This document shows positions 37,519-50,182 of a stretch of 64,000 nucleotides of DNA, in pieces. Origin of the DNA: an uncultured Desulfatibacillum sp. (lineage in GTDB: Bacteria; Desulfobacterota; Desulfobacteria; Desulfobacterales; SpSt-501); NCBI GenBank assembly GCA_964573635.1, contig CAZNKG010000005.1, forward strand, positions 29,759 to 93,758. Direction: 5' to 3'. The position numbers and the translations under genes were made by a program. The first letter of the stretch is position 1, and each line of letters starts with the position of its first letter. A model generated the notes under the pieces. That model was not told the origin of the DNA. It was given only the letters and a program-made list of their open reading frames with translations, and ran no database searches.

Positions 37519-39528
37519 CTACCCCACGACTGCGAGCACATCGCCCTTCTTGACCGAGTCCCCGCTGCTGAAGTGGACGGCCTTGAGCTTGCCGCCGGCC
37601 GGGGACGGCAGGGCGTTCTCCATTTTCATCGCCTCGAGCACGACGAGCGGCTCACCCTCCTCGACCGGGTCGCCCACGTTCTTGAGATACTTGACGATCA
37701 TCCCCGGCATAGGGGCGACGAGCGGGGTTCCCGTGGCGGCGCCCGCCGCGGGCTGCTCCGCGGCGGCCGGGGCCGGGGCGGCGGCGGGCTTCGCCGGCTC
37801 GGGCGCCGGGGCCAAAGCCGGGGCCGGGGCCGCAGCCGGCGCCGGGGCGGCGGCGGCCGCCGCCCGGGGGGTGACGGCGACCGGGGCGCCGCCGACCGGG
37901 TCGACGCCCACCTCGAAGTATTCGCCGTCCACGAACACGTTGAACTTGCGCAGAGATTCGCTTGCGGCGGGCGCTTTTTTGGCGGGCTTCTCGACCAGCA
38001 GCCCCGCCTTCGCCTTGCGCACGAGCTCGTCCTCGCGTCGGACCTCCTCCATGGTGCGCGGCTTGGTTTCGGCCGGCGGCTGTTCCTGGCCGTACTTCCA
38101 TTTCAGGAATTTCAAGCCGGTGACGGGGTAGAGCGCGTAGATGAGCACGTCGTCCAGGTCCCGGGCGAGGCCCTTGGTGGCCTCCTTGGCCTTCTCGAGC
38201 TCCGGCTCGAGGACCGAGGCCGCGCGCGCGGTGATCGGCTTCTCGCCGCGGGCGTAGCCCTTGAGGGCCTTCTTCTGGACCTCGGGGTTGATCGGGACGG
38301 CGGTCTTCCCGTAGAGCCCGTAGCAGAGGTCCTTCACCTGGTCGGTGATCATCTTGTAGCGCTCCTGCGGGGTGTCGAAGAGGACGTTGTTCACCGTCTG
38401 CACCCCGACGATCTGGCTGGTGGGCGTCACGAGCGGGATCTGCCCGAGGTCCTTGCGCACCCGCGGCAGCTCGGCGAAGACCTCGTCGATGCGGTCCACG
38501 GCGTCCATCTGCTTGAGCTGGTTGACGAGATTGGAGAGCATCCCGCCGGGGGTCTGGTGCAGGAGCACGTTGATGTCGATGATCGCCATCTTCGTGTCGT
38601 CGAGCAGGTGCTTGTACTTGGGCATGACCTCTTTTTCGAGCACCTCGTTGATGGCGGCGAGCAGCTTGATGTCGAAGCCGGTGTCGCGGCTGGTGCCGAG
38701 CAGCGTCATCACGAGCGGCTCGATCGCGGCGTGCGAGGTGCGGTAGGCGTAGGGGGCCATCACGGTGTCGATGATGTCCACGCCGGCCTCGATCGCCTTG
38801 AGCATCGACATCGCCGACATGCCCGAGGTGAAGTGGCTGTGCAGGTGGATGGGGGGCTTGACCGCCTTCTTCAGGGCGAGCACGAGGTGGTAGGCGTCGT
38901 AGGGGGCGATGAGCCCGGCCATGTCCTTGATGCAGATGCTGTCGGCCCCCATCGACTCGAGGTCCTTCGCCTTCTTGACGTAGTAGTCGATGTTGTACAC
39001 CTCGCCGCCGAGGCGCGGCTCGGTCATCGTGTAGCAGATGCAGCCCTGGAAGTGCTTTTTCGCGGCCTTGATCGCCGGCACGACGACCTCGAAGTTGCGG
39101 TAGTCGTTCAGGGCGTCGAAGGTGCGGAAGATGTCCATGCCGTTCGCCGCCGCGCGCTCGACGAAGGCCTTGGCGACGTCGTCGGCGTAGTTGCGGTAGC
39201 CGACGAGGTTCTGGCCGCGCAGCAGCATCGAAAAGGGGGTTTTCTTGATGTAGCGCTTGAGCGTGCGGATCCGCTCCCAGGGGTCCTCGTTCAGGAACCG
39301 GTGCATGGTGTCGAAGGTCGCGCCCCCCCAGACCTCCATGGCCCAGAACCCGACCTCGTCCATCATCTCCGCCACCGGGAGCATGTCCTCGGTCCGGCCG
39401 CGGGTGGCGAAGAGCGACTGGTGCCCGTCGCGCAGCGACAGATCCTCGATCTTGACCGGGTTCTCGGCTTTGGGCCGGTTCTTCTCGTACTTCATGGCGG
39501 TCATCTTGACGGCGTTTCCGTTGCTCAT
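37519..39528 (-). CDS. Pyruvate/oxaloacetate carboxyltransferase (5S-type) fused to biotin carboxyl carrier
   Basis: LRDGHQS, EVWGGATFD, IKDMAG, HLHSH, PLVTPTSQIVG, Ala/Pro linker, EAMKM biotinylation site. Confidence 0.92.
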   Translation of the reverse strand: MSNGNAVKMTAMKYEKNRPKAENPVKIEDLSLRDGHQSLFATRGRTEDMLPVAEMMDEVGFWAMEVWGGATFDTMHRFLNEDPWERIRTLKRYIKKTPFSMLLRGQNLVGYRNYADDVAKAFVERAAANGMDIFRTFDALNDYRNFEVVVPAIKAAKKHFQGCICYTMTEPRLGGEVYNIDYYVKKAKDLESMGADSICIKDMAGLIAPYDAYHLVLALKKAVKPPIHLHSHFTSGMSAMSMLKAIEAGVDIIDTVMAPYAYRTSHAAIEPLVMTLLGTSRDTGFDIKLLAAINEVLEKEVMPKYKHLLDDTKMAIIDINVLLHQTPGGMLSNLVNQLKQMDAVDRIDEVFAELPRVRKDLGQIPLVTPTSQIVGVQTVNNVLFDTPQERYKMITDQVKDLCYGLYGKTAVPINPEVQKKALKGYARGEKPITARAASVLEPELEKAKEATKGLARDLDDVLIYALYPVTGLKFLKWKYGQEQPPAETKPRTMEEVRREDELVRKAKAGLLVEKPAKKAPAASESLRKFNVFVDGEYFEVGVDPVGGAPVAVTPRAAAAAAPAPAAAPAPALAPAPEPAKPAAAPAPAAAEQPAAGAATGTPLVAPMPGMIVKYLKNVGDPVEEGEPLVVLEAMKMENALPSPAGGKLKAVHFSSGDSVKKGDVLAVVG

Positions 39529-39615
39529 GGATGCGGTCTCCTGTATGCGTTGTAAGGTGGCGAATGTCCCGTCATCGCGGCGCCCGCCTCCGCGCCGGGC
39601 ATGCGGCCGCCGGCG

Positions 39616-39825
39616 TCAGGCCCGGCGGTTGAAGGCGCGCAGCTGCATGAGGCCCCTGAGCTGCATCTGGCCCTGGCGCCCGGCGAGCGACCAGGGCATC
39701 GGCCCGGCCGCTGCGGGCGCGGCCGCCGGGCCCGGTTCGGCCGCCGCGGCCTGCTCGGCTTCGATCTGAAGGTAGGCGGAAACCGCGGCGATCGCCGCGG
39801 CGAGCTTTCTGGCGGAGTCGTGCAT
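39616..39825 (-). CDS. Small carboxylase-associated protein (epsilon/delta-subunit-like, 69 aa)
   Basis: KLAAAIAAVSAYL...PWSLAGR; lies between two carboxyltransferase genes; GGGG RBS. Confidence 0.65.
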   Translation of the reverse strand: MHDSARKLAAAIAAVSAYLQIEAEQAAAAEPGPAAAPAAAGPMPWSLAGRQGQMQLRGLMQLRAFNRRA

Positions 39826-39893
39826 ATCCCCCCCTGCCGGTGTGGCGCGCTGCCCGCCCCCGCTGCGGATGCCGGGCGGGCGGGTTCAAACCG

Positions 39894-41447
39894 CTACATC
39901 GGGATGTTGCCGTGCTTCTTGGGCGGCCGCATCTCGCGCTTGGCGCACAGGGCCTCCAGCGCGTCGATCAGCCGCGGCCGGGTTTCGCTCGGCACGATCA
40001 CGGCGTCGATGTAGCCCCGGGCGGCGGCGACGTACGGGTTCGAGAACAGCGTCTCGTACTCCGCGATCTTCTCGCGCCGCTTGGCGGCGGGGTCGGCGGC
40101 CTCGCTGATCTCCTTGCGGTGGATGATGTTCGCCGCGCCCTCGGCGCCCATCACGGCGATCTCGGCCGTCGGCCAGGCGAAGGCCATGTCCGCCCCGAGG
40201 TCGCGCGAGCACATGGCGAGGTAGCTCCCGCCGTAGTCCTTGCGGGTGACGAGCAAAAGCTTCGGCACCGTGGCCTCGGAGTAGCACCACAAGAGCTTCG
40301 CGCCGTGGCGGATGATGCCCCCCCACTCCTGGTTGCTCCCCGGCAGGTAGCCGGGGACGTCGGCGATGGTGAGCATCGGGATGTTGAACGCGTCGCAGAA
40401 GCGGATGAAGCGCGTCGCCTTGTCGGAGGCGTTGATGTCGAGGCAGCCGGCGAGGTACTTGGGCTGGTTGGCGATGATCCCGATCGTGCGCCCGTTCAGC
40501 CGCGCGAAGGCGACGATGATGTTCGGGGCGAAATGCTGGTGCGGCTCGAGGAACTCCCCGCCGTCGACGATCCCGCGGATCACGGCCTTCATGTCGTAGG
40601 GCCGGTTGGGGTTGTCGGGGATGAGCGCGTCGAGCGCCGGATCGCACCGGCGCGGGTCGTCGCCCGTCGCCCGGATGGGGGGGTCCTCCATGTTGTTCGC
40701 CGGCAGGTAGGAGAGCAGCCGGCGGATCTGGTCGAGGCAGTCGGCGTCGTTCTCGCAGGCGAAGTGGGCGACCCCGCTCTTCTCGTTGTGGGTTTTCGCG
40801 CCGCCCAGCTCCTCGAAGCTGATCTCCTCGCCGGTGACCGACTTGATCACCTCCGGGCCGGTGATGAACATGTAGCTCGTCTTCTTGACCATGAAGATGA
40901 AATCGGTCATCGCCGGGGAGTAGACCGCGCCGCCGGCCGTCGGGCCCATGATGGCCGAGATCTGCGGGATGACCCCGGAGCTGGCCGAATTGCGGAAGAA
41001 GATCTGGCCGTAGCCCGAAAGGGCGTCGACGCCCTCCTGGATCCGCGCGCCGCCGGAGTCGTTCAGCCCGACGAAGGGCGCCCCCGCCTTGAGGGCGAGG
41101 TCCATGACCTTGCAGATCTTGCGCGAGTGCATCTCGCCCAGGGAGCCCGCCCGCGAGGTAAAGTCCTGGGCGAAGGCGAAGACCGGCCGGCCCTCCACCA
41201 GCCCGTGCCCGGTGATGACGCCGTCGGAGGGGATGTCGACCTTCTGCATGTCGAAATTGACGCAGCGGTGGCTCACGAACATGTCGAGCTCGCGGAAGCT
41301 GCCGGGGTCGAAGAGCCGGTTGAGCCGCTCGCGGGCGTTCAGCTTGCCCTTCTCGCGGTGCTGGGCCACGGCCTTGTCGCCGCCCATCTTGAGCATCCGC
41401 GCTTCGCGGTCCTTGAGGTCCTGGATCTTATCGGCGGTGGTTCCCAT
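39894..41447 (-). CDS. Methylmalonyl-/propionyl-CoA carboxyltransferase (12S/beta-type)
   Basis: DSGGARIQEG, GPTAGGAVYSPA, DVPGYLPG, KHGNIPM. Confidence 0.95.
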   Translation of the reverse strand: MGTTADKIQDLKDREARMLKMGGDKAVAQHREKGKLNARERLNRLFDPGSFRELDMFVSHRCVNFDMQKVDIPSDGVITGHGLVEGRPVFAFAQDFTSRAGSLGEMHSRKICKVMDLALKAGAPFVGLNDSGGARIQEGVDALSGYGQIFFRNSASSGVIPQISAIMGPTAGGAVYSPAMTDFIFMVKKTSYMFITGPEVIKSVTGEEISFEELGGAKTHNEKSGVAHFACENDADCLDQIRRLLSYLPANNMEDPPIRATGDDPRRCDPALDALIPDNPNRPYDMKAVIRGIVDGGEFLEPHQHFAPNIIVAFARLNGRTIGIIANQPKYLAGCLDINASDKATRFIRFCDAFNIPMLTIADVPGYLPGSNQEWGGIIRHGAKLLWCYSEATVPKLLLVTRKDYGGSYLAMCSRDLGADMAFAWPTAEIAVMGAEGAANIIHRKEISEAADPAAKRREKIAEYETLFSNPYVAAARGYIDAVIVPSETRPRLIDALEALCAKREMRPPKKHGNIPM

Positions 41448-41543
41448 CGGCGCTGTTCCTTTCCCCCGGTTGCGCCGGGCGCCGGGGGCAGGAATCCCCG
41501 GCGCGCCTCGGCGTTGTTGTCGAGCCTTAAATTTTCATTGATT

Positions 41544-42536
41544 CTAGTTTTGATTATTATTGTCAAGCAAAAAAATGAGGTCGGCGGCGGCGGCGGCCGG
41601 GGCCCGGCGCCCGGCCGCCACGTCGCGGGCGACGCGCGGGATCTGGCGCTTGACCTCGGGATGGCGCAGGAAGCGCTCCTTGAGCGCCTCGTCGATGAGC
41701 GACCACATCCAGTCGACGGCCTGCTGCCGTCGCTTGGCCTCGAGCCCGCCGGTCCGGGAGAGGATCGCGCGGTGGTCGAGAACGGTTTTCCAGACGGCCT
41801 CGACGCCGCGGCCCTCGAGGGCGCTCACGGCGAGCACCGGCGGGCGCCACTCGGAGCTCGCGGGCGACAGCAGGTGCATCGCCATCTCGAAGACCCGCAC
41901 GGCCTTCTTCGCGCGGGCGAGGTTGTCGCCGTCCGCCTTGGTGACCGCCAGCGCGTCGGCGAGCTCGAGGATCCCCTTCTTGATCCCCTGCAGCTCGTCG
42001 CCCGCCCCGGCGAGCAGGAGCACGAGGAAGAAGTCGACCATCGCCGCGACGGCCGTCTCCGACTGCCCGACCCCCACCGTCTCCACGATGATGACGTCGT
42101 AGCCGGCGGCCTCGCAGACCAGGGCGGTCTCGCGGGTCTTGCGCGCCACCCCGCCCAGGGTGCCGCCGGAGGGGGAGGGCCGGATGTAGGCCGCCGCCTG
42201 GGTGGCGAGCCGCTCCATGCGCGTCTTGTCCGCCATGACGCTGCCGCCGCTGCGGGCGCTCGAGGGATCGACCGCGAGCACCGCCACGCGGTGGCCGCGG
42301 CCGACGAGCAGCATGCCGAGGCTTTCGATGAAGGTGCTCTTGCCCACGCCGGGGACCCCGGTGATCCCGAGGCGCACGGCCTTCCCGGTGTGCGGCAAAA
42401 GCGCGGCGAGGATCCGCCGGGCGGCCTCCTGGTGGGTGGCGAGCGAGCTTTCGACGAGCGTGATCGTCTTGGAGATCAGCCGCCGGTCGCCGGCGAGCAC
42501 GCCGTCGATGTACGTCCGGGTGTCGACTGGTTTCAT
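41544..42536 (-). CDS. meaB: Methylmalonyl-CoA mutase-associated GTPase MeaB
   Basis: GITGVPGVGKST, AVDPSS, GGSVMADKTRM, ETVGVGQSE, TKAD. Confidence 0.95.
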   Translation of the reverse strand: MKPVDTRTYIDGVLAGDRRLISKTITLVESSLATHQEAARRILAALLPHTGKAVRLGITGVPGVGKSTFIESLGMLLVGRGHRVAVLAVDPSSARSGGSVMADKTRMERLATQAAAYIRPSPSGGTLGGVARKTRETALVCEAAGYDVIIVETVGVGQSETAVAAMVDFFLVLLLAGAGDELQGIKKGILELADALAVTKADGDNLARAKKAVRVFEMAMHLLSPASSEWRPPVLAVSALEGRGVEAVWKTVLDHRAILSRTGGLEAKRRQQAVDWMWSLIDEALKERFLRHPEVKRQIPRVARDVAAGRRAPAAAAADLIFLLDNNNQN

Positions 42537-42618
42537 CCGCCATCCGCCGCCGGCCGCCGGGCGGGCGGACCGCCGCCCGGCTGCCGTCCGGCCCCGCGCC
42601 GCCGTGCCGCGCCCGCCG

Positions 42619-44751
<2,133 letters not shown>

Positions 44752-44817
44752 GGTTTCGATCTCCTCCTTCCGTTAGCGTTTGCGGCGCCGGCGGCGCGTT
44801 CGGGCCGGCCGCGGCCG

Positions 44818-45228
44818 TCAGCGCCCCTCGCGCTCGCAGAGCTCGACCAGCACGCCGTTGGTGGACTTGGGGTGCAGGAAGGCGATCTTGGCCCCGCCGG
44901 CCCCCTTCCGCGGCGTCTGGTCGATCAGCTGGACGCCCTTCTGCTTGAGTTCGGCAAGCGCCGCCTCGATGTCGGCGACCCGGAAGGCGACGTGCTGGAT
45001 CCCCTCGCCCTTCTTCTCGAGGAACTTGGCGATGGGTCCGTCCGGCGCGGTCGACTCGAGGAGCTCGACCTCGCTCTCGCCGACCGGAAAAAACGCCGTC
45101 GTCACCTTCTGCTCGGCGACCGTCTCCGTGCCCTCGAAGTCGAGCCCCAGGGTCTCCGTCCAGAAATGCTTGCCGCCTGCGATGCTCTTCACCGCGATGC
45201 CCAGGTGATCGATCTTCAGGATTTTCAT
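44818..45228 (-). CDS. mce: Methylmalonyl-CoA epimerase
   Basis: [26 protein letters not shown]...LVEL VOC motifs; operon context. Confidence 0.93.
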   Translation of the reverse strand: MKILKIDHLGIAVKSIAGGKHFWTETLGLDFEGTETVAEQKVTTAFFPVGESEVELLESTAPDGPIAKFLEKKGEGIQHVAFRVADIEAALAELKQKGVQLIDQTPRKGAGGAKIAFLHPKSTNGVLVELCEREGR

Positions 45229-45305
45229 ACGAGCCTCCTCGCCCGGTAGCGTTGACCGCCGCGCGCGTCCGCGGCGCACGACCGCTTGCCCATCGCATGG
45301 GCCGG

Positions 45306-45527
45306 TCAGGGGACCGACCGCACCTCCGTCACCTCCGGCACCGCCTGCTTGAGGAGGCGCTCGACGCCGTTCTTGATGGTCATCTGCGACATGGGGCAGC
45401 CGGCGCAGGCCCCCTTCAGGCGCACGGAGACGACCCCGCCGTCGACCGCGACGAGCTCCACGTCCCCGCCGTCGCGCTGGAGCATGGGACGGATCCGATC
45501 GAGGGCTTCCTTGACGTTGTCGAACAT
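45306..45527 (-). CDS. Single-domain NifU/Nfu protein
   Basis: [14 protein letters not shown]...[16 protein letters not shown]; AAAGGAG RBS. Confidence 0.92.
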   Translation of the reverse strand: MFDNVKEALDRIRPMLQRDGGDVELVAVDGGVVSVRLKGACAGCPMSQMTIKNGVERLLKQAVPEVTEVRSVP

Positions 45528-45562
45528 GGCCGCATCTCCTTTCTCAGTTTTCCTGCGGTATA

Positions 45563-46678
45563 TCAAATTTCCCTGGCGGCATAAAAGGCCTTTTTGAACG
45601 ACAGGAATTCGCCGGCGAGAACGGCCGCGCGCATCCGCCGCAGCAGGTCGACGAAGTAGAAGACGTTGTGGATCGTGTTCAGCCGGTAGGCCAAAAGCTC
45701 GCGGGAGAGGAAGAGGTGCCGCAGGTAGGCCCGGGAGAAGTTCCGGCAGGTGTAGCAGCCGCAGTCCGGATCGGGCGGCAGGCGGTCCTGCCGGTGGATC
45801 TGGTGGGTGATCGTCAGGGTTCCCATGCGCGTGAAGAGCTGGCCGTTGCGCGCGTTGCGGGTCGGCAGGACGCAGTCGAACATGTCGGCGCCGAGCGCGA
45901 CGAGCTCGACCAGGTCCTCGGGCTTGCCCACCCCCATGACGTACTTGGGCTTTTCGTCCGGAAGAAGCGCCAGCGCGTGCGCGGCGGTCTCGAGCATCAG
46001 GGCCTGGGGCTCCCCGACGCTCAACCCGCCGAGCGCGTAGCCGCTCAAATCGAGCGCGGCGAGCCGCTCGGCGGATTCCGCCCGCAGGTCCGGGAACATC
46101 CCCCCCTGCACGATGCCGAAGAGCGCGCGGCGGGGCCCCGCCTCGGAGAGCCAGGCGCCGCGGCAGCGCCCGGCCCAGGCGGCGGTCGTCTCGGCGGCGC
46201 GCGCAACGGCCGGCCGGTCCGCCGGGTAGGCGACGCACTGGTCGAGGCACATCATGATGTCGGCGTCGAGCCGCTGCTGGATCTCGATCGCCCGCTCCGG
46301 GGTGAGCAGGTGCGTGGAGCCGTCGATGTGGGACTGGAAGCGCACCCCTTCCGGCAGCACGGTCGCCAGCCGCGCGAGCGAAAAGACCTGGAAGCCGCCG
46401 CTGTCGGTCAAGATGGGCCGGCGCCAATTCATGAAGGCGTGCAGGCCGCCGAAGCGGCCGACGACCTCCTCCCCCGGCCGCAGGTAGAGGTGGTAGGTGT
46501 TGCCCAGGATGATCCGGGCCCCGGCCGCCTCGAGCTCCTCGGGGGTGAGCGTCTTCACCGTGCCGAGCGTCCCGACCGGCATGAAGACGGGCGTTTCGAC
46601 CTCCCCGTGCGCGGTCCGCGCCACCGCGGCCCGGGCGCGGGTCCGGGGGCATCTGCCGCGGACGTCAAAGGCGAACAT
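45563..46678 (-). CDS. tgt: tRNA-guanine transglycosylase
   Basis: TPVFMPVGT, GNTYHL, TDSGGFQ, GIVQGG, DCVLPTRNARNG, CGCYTC...HN Zn site. Confidence 0.97.
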   Translation of the reverse strand: MFAFDVRGRCPRTRARAAVARTAHGEVETPVFMPVGTLGTVKTLTPEELEAAGARIILGNTYHLYLRPGEEVVGRFGGLHAFMNWRRPILTDSGGFQVFSLARLATVLPEGVRFQSHIDGSTHLLTPERAIEIQQRLDADIMMCLDQCVAYPADRPAVARAAETTAAWAGRCRGAWLSEAGPRRALFGIVQGGMFPDLRAESAERLAALDLSGYALGGLSVGEPQALMLETAAHALALLPDEKPKYVMGVGKPEDLVELVALGADMFDCVLPTRNARNGQLFTRMGTLTITHQIHRQDRLPPDPDCGCYTCRNFSRAYLRHLFLSRELLAYRLNTIHNVFYFVDLLRRMRAAVLAGEFLSFKKAFYAAREI

Positions 46679-46708
46679 GCAGCCTCCCGGCGGGCGGCTC
46701 CCGCCCGC

Positions 46709-47752
46709 TCACAAGATGATCATCGCATCCCCGTAGCTGAAGAACCGGTAGCCGCTGCGGACCGCCTCGCGGTAGGCGGCCAGGACGGGCTCCCGGCCGG
46801 CGAAGGCGCACACCAGCATGAGCAGCGTCGAGCGGGGCAGATGGAAGTTCGTGATCAGGCCGTCCACCGCCTTGAACCGGTAGCCAGGGATGATGAACAG
46901 ATCGCAGGTGCCGGCGGCGGGCGCGACGCGGCCGTCCTCGCCGGCGGCGGACTCGAGGGCGCGCACCGCGGTGGTCCCGACCGCGACCGCGCGCTTTCCC
47001 GCCGCCCGCGCGCGGTTGACGGCCTCCGCCGCATGGGTGGGCAGCTCGAAGCGCTCGGCGTGCATCCGGTGGCCGCGGATGTCGCGGCTGCGGACCGGGG
47101 CGAAGGTGCCGTGGCCGACGTGCAGCGTCAACGTGGTCCAGCCGATCCCCCGGGCGCGCAGGTCGGCGAGCAGGCGCGCGGTGAAGTGCAGACCGGCCGT
47201 CGGCGCGGCCGCCGCCCCGGGCACGCGGGCGTAGACCGTCTGGTAGCCCGCGCGGTCCGCGGGGGCGTCCTCGCGGCGGATGTAGGGCGGCAGCGGCACG
47301 TGCCCCACCCGCGCGAGGACCGCCTCGATCTCCTCCGCGGCGGTGAATTCGACCTCGTGGCTCCCCGTCCCGGCCGCGACGACGACGCCGCTCAGCCCGC
47401 CGTCGAAGAGGAAGCGCTGGCCGGCGCGCACGGGCTTGGAGGCCTTGACGAGGCACCGGCATCGGAACGCCGCGCCCCGGCGGGTGCCGCCGGCGAAGTC
47501 GGCGAGCAGCACCTCCACCCGCCCGCCGCTCTCCTTGCGCCCGATCAGCCGCGCCGGCACGACGGCGGTGTCGTTGCCGACCAGCAGATCGCCGGGCGAC
47601 AGCAGCTCCCCCAGCGCGTCGAAGCGGTGGTGCGTGCAGGCGCCGGTCACGCGGTCGAGCGCCAGGAGCCGCGAGCGGTCCCGCTCGGCGGCCGGCTGCT
47701 GGGCGATCCGCCCGGCGGGCAGCTCGTAGTCGTAGTCGGAGAGGGAATACAC
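46709..47752 (-). CDS. queA: S-adenosylmethionine:tRNA ribosyltransferase-isomerase
   Basis: DYDYELP, PLPPYIRR, YQTVYA, AAPTAGLHF, VGTT, TNFHLPRSTL, YRFFSYGDAM. Confidence 0.97.
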   Translation of the reverse strand: MYSLSDYDYELPAGRIAQQPAAERDRSRLLALDRVTGACTHHRFDALGELLSPGDLLVGNDTAVVPARLIGRKESGGRVEVLLADFAGGTRRGAAFRCRCLVKASKPVRAGQRFLFDGGLSGVVVAAGTGSHEVEFTAAEEIEAVLARVGHVPLPPYIRREDAPADRAGYQTVYARVPGAAAAPTAGLHFTARLLADLRARGIGWTTLTLHVGHGTFAPVRSRDIRGHRMHAERFELPTHAAEAVNRARAAGKRAVAVGTTAVRALESAAGEDGRVAPAAGTCDLFIIPGYRFKAVDGLITNFHLPRSTLLMLVCAFAGREPVLAAYREAVRSGYRFFSYGDAMIIL

Positions 47753-47753
47753 G

Positions 47754-47942
47754 TCAGCCCGGACTCCCCAGGTAAACCATCCACAGCCCGAGCGCCATCA
47801 ACAGCGCCCCGACGGTGCGCAGCGTGCGCGCGGGCGCGGCCGCCACCCGGGCGATCCAGGTGCGCATGCGCTCCGGGAAGGCGAAGTAGGGCAGGCCCTC
47901 CACGATCATGACCATGCCGATGACGCACAGGAAATATTTCAT
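47754..47942 (-). CDS. DUF2065 family small membrane protein
   Basis: MKYFLCVIGMVMIVEGLPYFAFP...LRTVGALLM. Confidence 0.88.
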   Translation of the reverse strand: MKYFLCVIGMVMIVEGLPYFAFPERMRTWIARVAAAPARTLRTVGALLMALGLWMVYLGSPG

Positions 47943-48067
47943 CGCGCCGGCTCCATTCTCGAAAAAGAGTAAGGCCCCGCCGACCCGGCCGGGGCCCGCC
48001 GCCATCGTCCTGGCCGGGGCTTCGGACAAACGGCGCCCCGGGGCCGTGGTCCGGCGTTGCGCGGCCC

Positions 48068-50182
48068 TCAGGCGACCTTGACGACGACCAGCGTGATGTC
48101 GTCCTCCGCCCGGCCGGCCCCGCGGCCGAAGGCCTCGAGCGCCTCGAAGACGGCCGCGAGGATATCGGCGGCGCTCCCGGCGGCGTGCGCGCGGACGACC
48201 TCGCGGAAGCGCTCCTTGCCGAACATGGCGCCCTGCCGATCGCGCGCCTCCCAGATCCCGTCGGTCCCGATGGCGAGGATCTCGCCCGGGGTGAGCGGCC
48301 GAAAGACCTCCTCGAACTCGGATGCCGACGAAACCCCGAGCGCCACCCCGCGCCCGGAGAGCTCCTGGAACTCGCCCGTCTGCGGGTTGAAGCACATGGC
48401 CGGCTCGTGCCCGGCGCGCACCCAGCGGAGCGCCCCCGCCGCGGGATCGATCTCGGCGTAGAAGAGCGTCACGAACTGGCCCGAGTCGGCGCTGTCGGCC
48501 GTCACCTCGCGGTTCACGTCCGCGACCACCGCCGTCGGCCCGCCGGGCAGCTGCGCGCGGAAGCGCAGGAGCGCGCGGACGCTGGTCATCAACAGCGCCG
48601 AGGAGAGCCCGTGGCCGGAGACGTCGGCGACGGCGACGGCGGTGCGCGCATCGCCGCCGGCGGCGGCGATGCGGAAGTAGTCGAAGTAATCCCCGCCGGT
48701 CTCGTCGCTGTAGCGGCTGCGCCCGGCGATGTCGAGACCGGGGACGGCGAGGGCCGCCTTCGGCAGGAGGCTCTGCTGGACCTCGCGCGCGAGGATGAGG
48801 GAGCGCCGGATCTGGAGGTTCTCCTCGAGGCGCGGCCCGACGAGGTTGAAGACCCGGCCCATCTCCCCGAATTCGTCGCGCGAGCGGATGTCGACCCGGG
48901 CGTGGAAGTCCCCCTCGGCCAGCCGCCGGGTGCCCTCGGCGAGAATGTGGAGCGGCCGCGTCACCGAGCGGGCGAAGAGGAAGGCGAACAGCACCGCGAG
49001 CGTCAGGATGACGAAGATCCCGTTGCGCGTGAGCGCCATCAGCTCGTCGAGCTGCCGGCGGTGGTCGGCCTCGGCCTTTTCGATCGGCGCGAGGATCGCG
49101 CCCGAGGGCATGATGAGGATGAGAAAGACGTCGCGGTGCATCGACCGATAGACCCAGAAGCAGTCGCAGCCGCCGGTGGGCATCCGCCGGGCGCCGCCCA
49201 CGCCGGCCGCCAGGTCGGCGAGCAGCGCCTCGAGCTGTTCGGCGTCGTCGGCCGCCAGCCACTCCTCGGCCGCGGGCGTCTCCCACGCGGAGGGGACCGG
49301 GGCGGACGGATCCCGCCTAGCGACGACCCGCAGGGCCCGGCGGCCGGTCTCCGGCCGGATGTCGAGATGGCCGATGATCAGTCGCGTCCCCGCCGGGGTG
49401 TGCTTGACGAGCAGCGGGTGGTCGAAGAGCCGGTCGATGGAGATCGCGATCGCCGTTCTCCCGGCGGGGGTCCCGTCGGGTGCGGAGATGGGCGCGGAGA
49501 TCGCGATCGCGCTCTCCCCGCTCAACGGGTCGGTGAACTGCCGGCTCCAGAACGCGGCCGCCTGCTCCGACTCGCCGTACCAGGGCTGGGCGCGCGGGTC
49601 GAACCCGGCGGGGGGGGCATACCGGGACGGGTAGAGCGACCAGAGCCCGTCACGGAAAACGACCGCGGACCACAGCGAGGGCTTCCCGAGCGTGCCGGCG
49701 ACCGAGCGGAAGAAGGAGCCCAGGCGGAGCAACCGCTGGATCCGCAGGGAATCCTCGCCCCCGGCCCGGGAGGCCCCGGGGGCCGCCTCCGGGGCGGGGC
49801 GAAAGACCTGCAGGCTCGCCGCCGCCGCCGCGCCCCCGCCTTCGGGGACGCCGGACGCTGGGCCGGGCGCCCACATCTCGGCGGAGGAGGACTCGAAGCG
49901 GCCGGAGGCGCAGTCCGGGGCGGCGAGGATCTGCTCGATCTCCTTCACCTGGAACATCAGGGCGAGCTCATGGCGCAGGCGGCTCTGGGCGAGCATCTCG
50001 GCGTAGCCCTCCGCCAGCAGCCCCAGGTGCTGCGCGGTCTGCCCGGCCAGCGTCCCGCTGCTCTGCGTGATCATCTGCTCGCCGATGTGCCGGGTGATGC
50101 GCACCCCGAGCGAGCGCATCGCCGCGACCGGCAGCACGGCGGCGACCGCGAGCAGGATCATGAGCTTCCAACGGAACTTCAT
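48068..50182 (-). CDS. Membrane PP2C/SpoIIE (RsbU-like) phosphatase with Cache-like and HAMP domains
   Basis: Two TMs; HAMP (SRDEFGEM); GGDYFD, ADVSGHG, RAGHEP, GTDGIWE, DDITLVVVK. Confidence 0.92.
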   Translation of the reverse strand: MKFRWKLMILLAVAAVLPVAAMRSLGVRITRHIGEQMITQSSGTLAGQTAQHLGLLAEGYAEMLAQSRLRHELALMFQVKEIEQILAAPDCASGRFESSSAEMWAPGPASGVPEGGGAAAAASLQVFRPAPEAAPGASRAGGEDSLRIQRLLRLGSFFRSVAGTLGKPSLWSAVVFRDGLWSLYPSRYAPPAGFDPRAQPWYGESEQAAAFWSRQFTDPLSGESAIAISAPISAPDGTPAGRTAIAISIDRLFDHPLLVKHTPAGTRLIIGHLDIRPETGRRALRVVARRDPSAPVPSAWETPAAEEWLAADDAEQLEALLADLAAGVGGARRMPTGGCDCFWVYRSMHRDVFLILIMPSGAILAPIEKAEADHRRQLDELMALTRNGIFVILTLAVLFAFLFARSVTRPLHILAEGTRRLAEGDFHARVDIRSRDEFGEMGRVFNLVGPRLEENLQIRRSLILAREVQQSLLPKAALAVPGLDIAGRSRYSDETGGDYFDYFRIAAAGGDARTAVAVADVSGHGLSSALLMTSVRALLRFRAQLPGGPTAVVADVNREVTADSADSGQFVTLFYAEIDPAAGALRWVRAGHEPAMCFNPQTGEFQELSGRGVALGVSSASEFEEVFRPLTPGEILAIGTDGIWEARDRQGAMFGKERFREVVRAHAAGSAADILAAVFEALEAFGRGAGRAEDDITLVVVKVA

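Noticed and set aside
37740-37900. GC-rich quasi-repeats
   Set aside because: These encode the normal Ala/Pro linker before the biotinyl domain.
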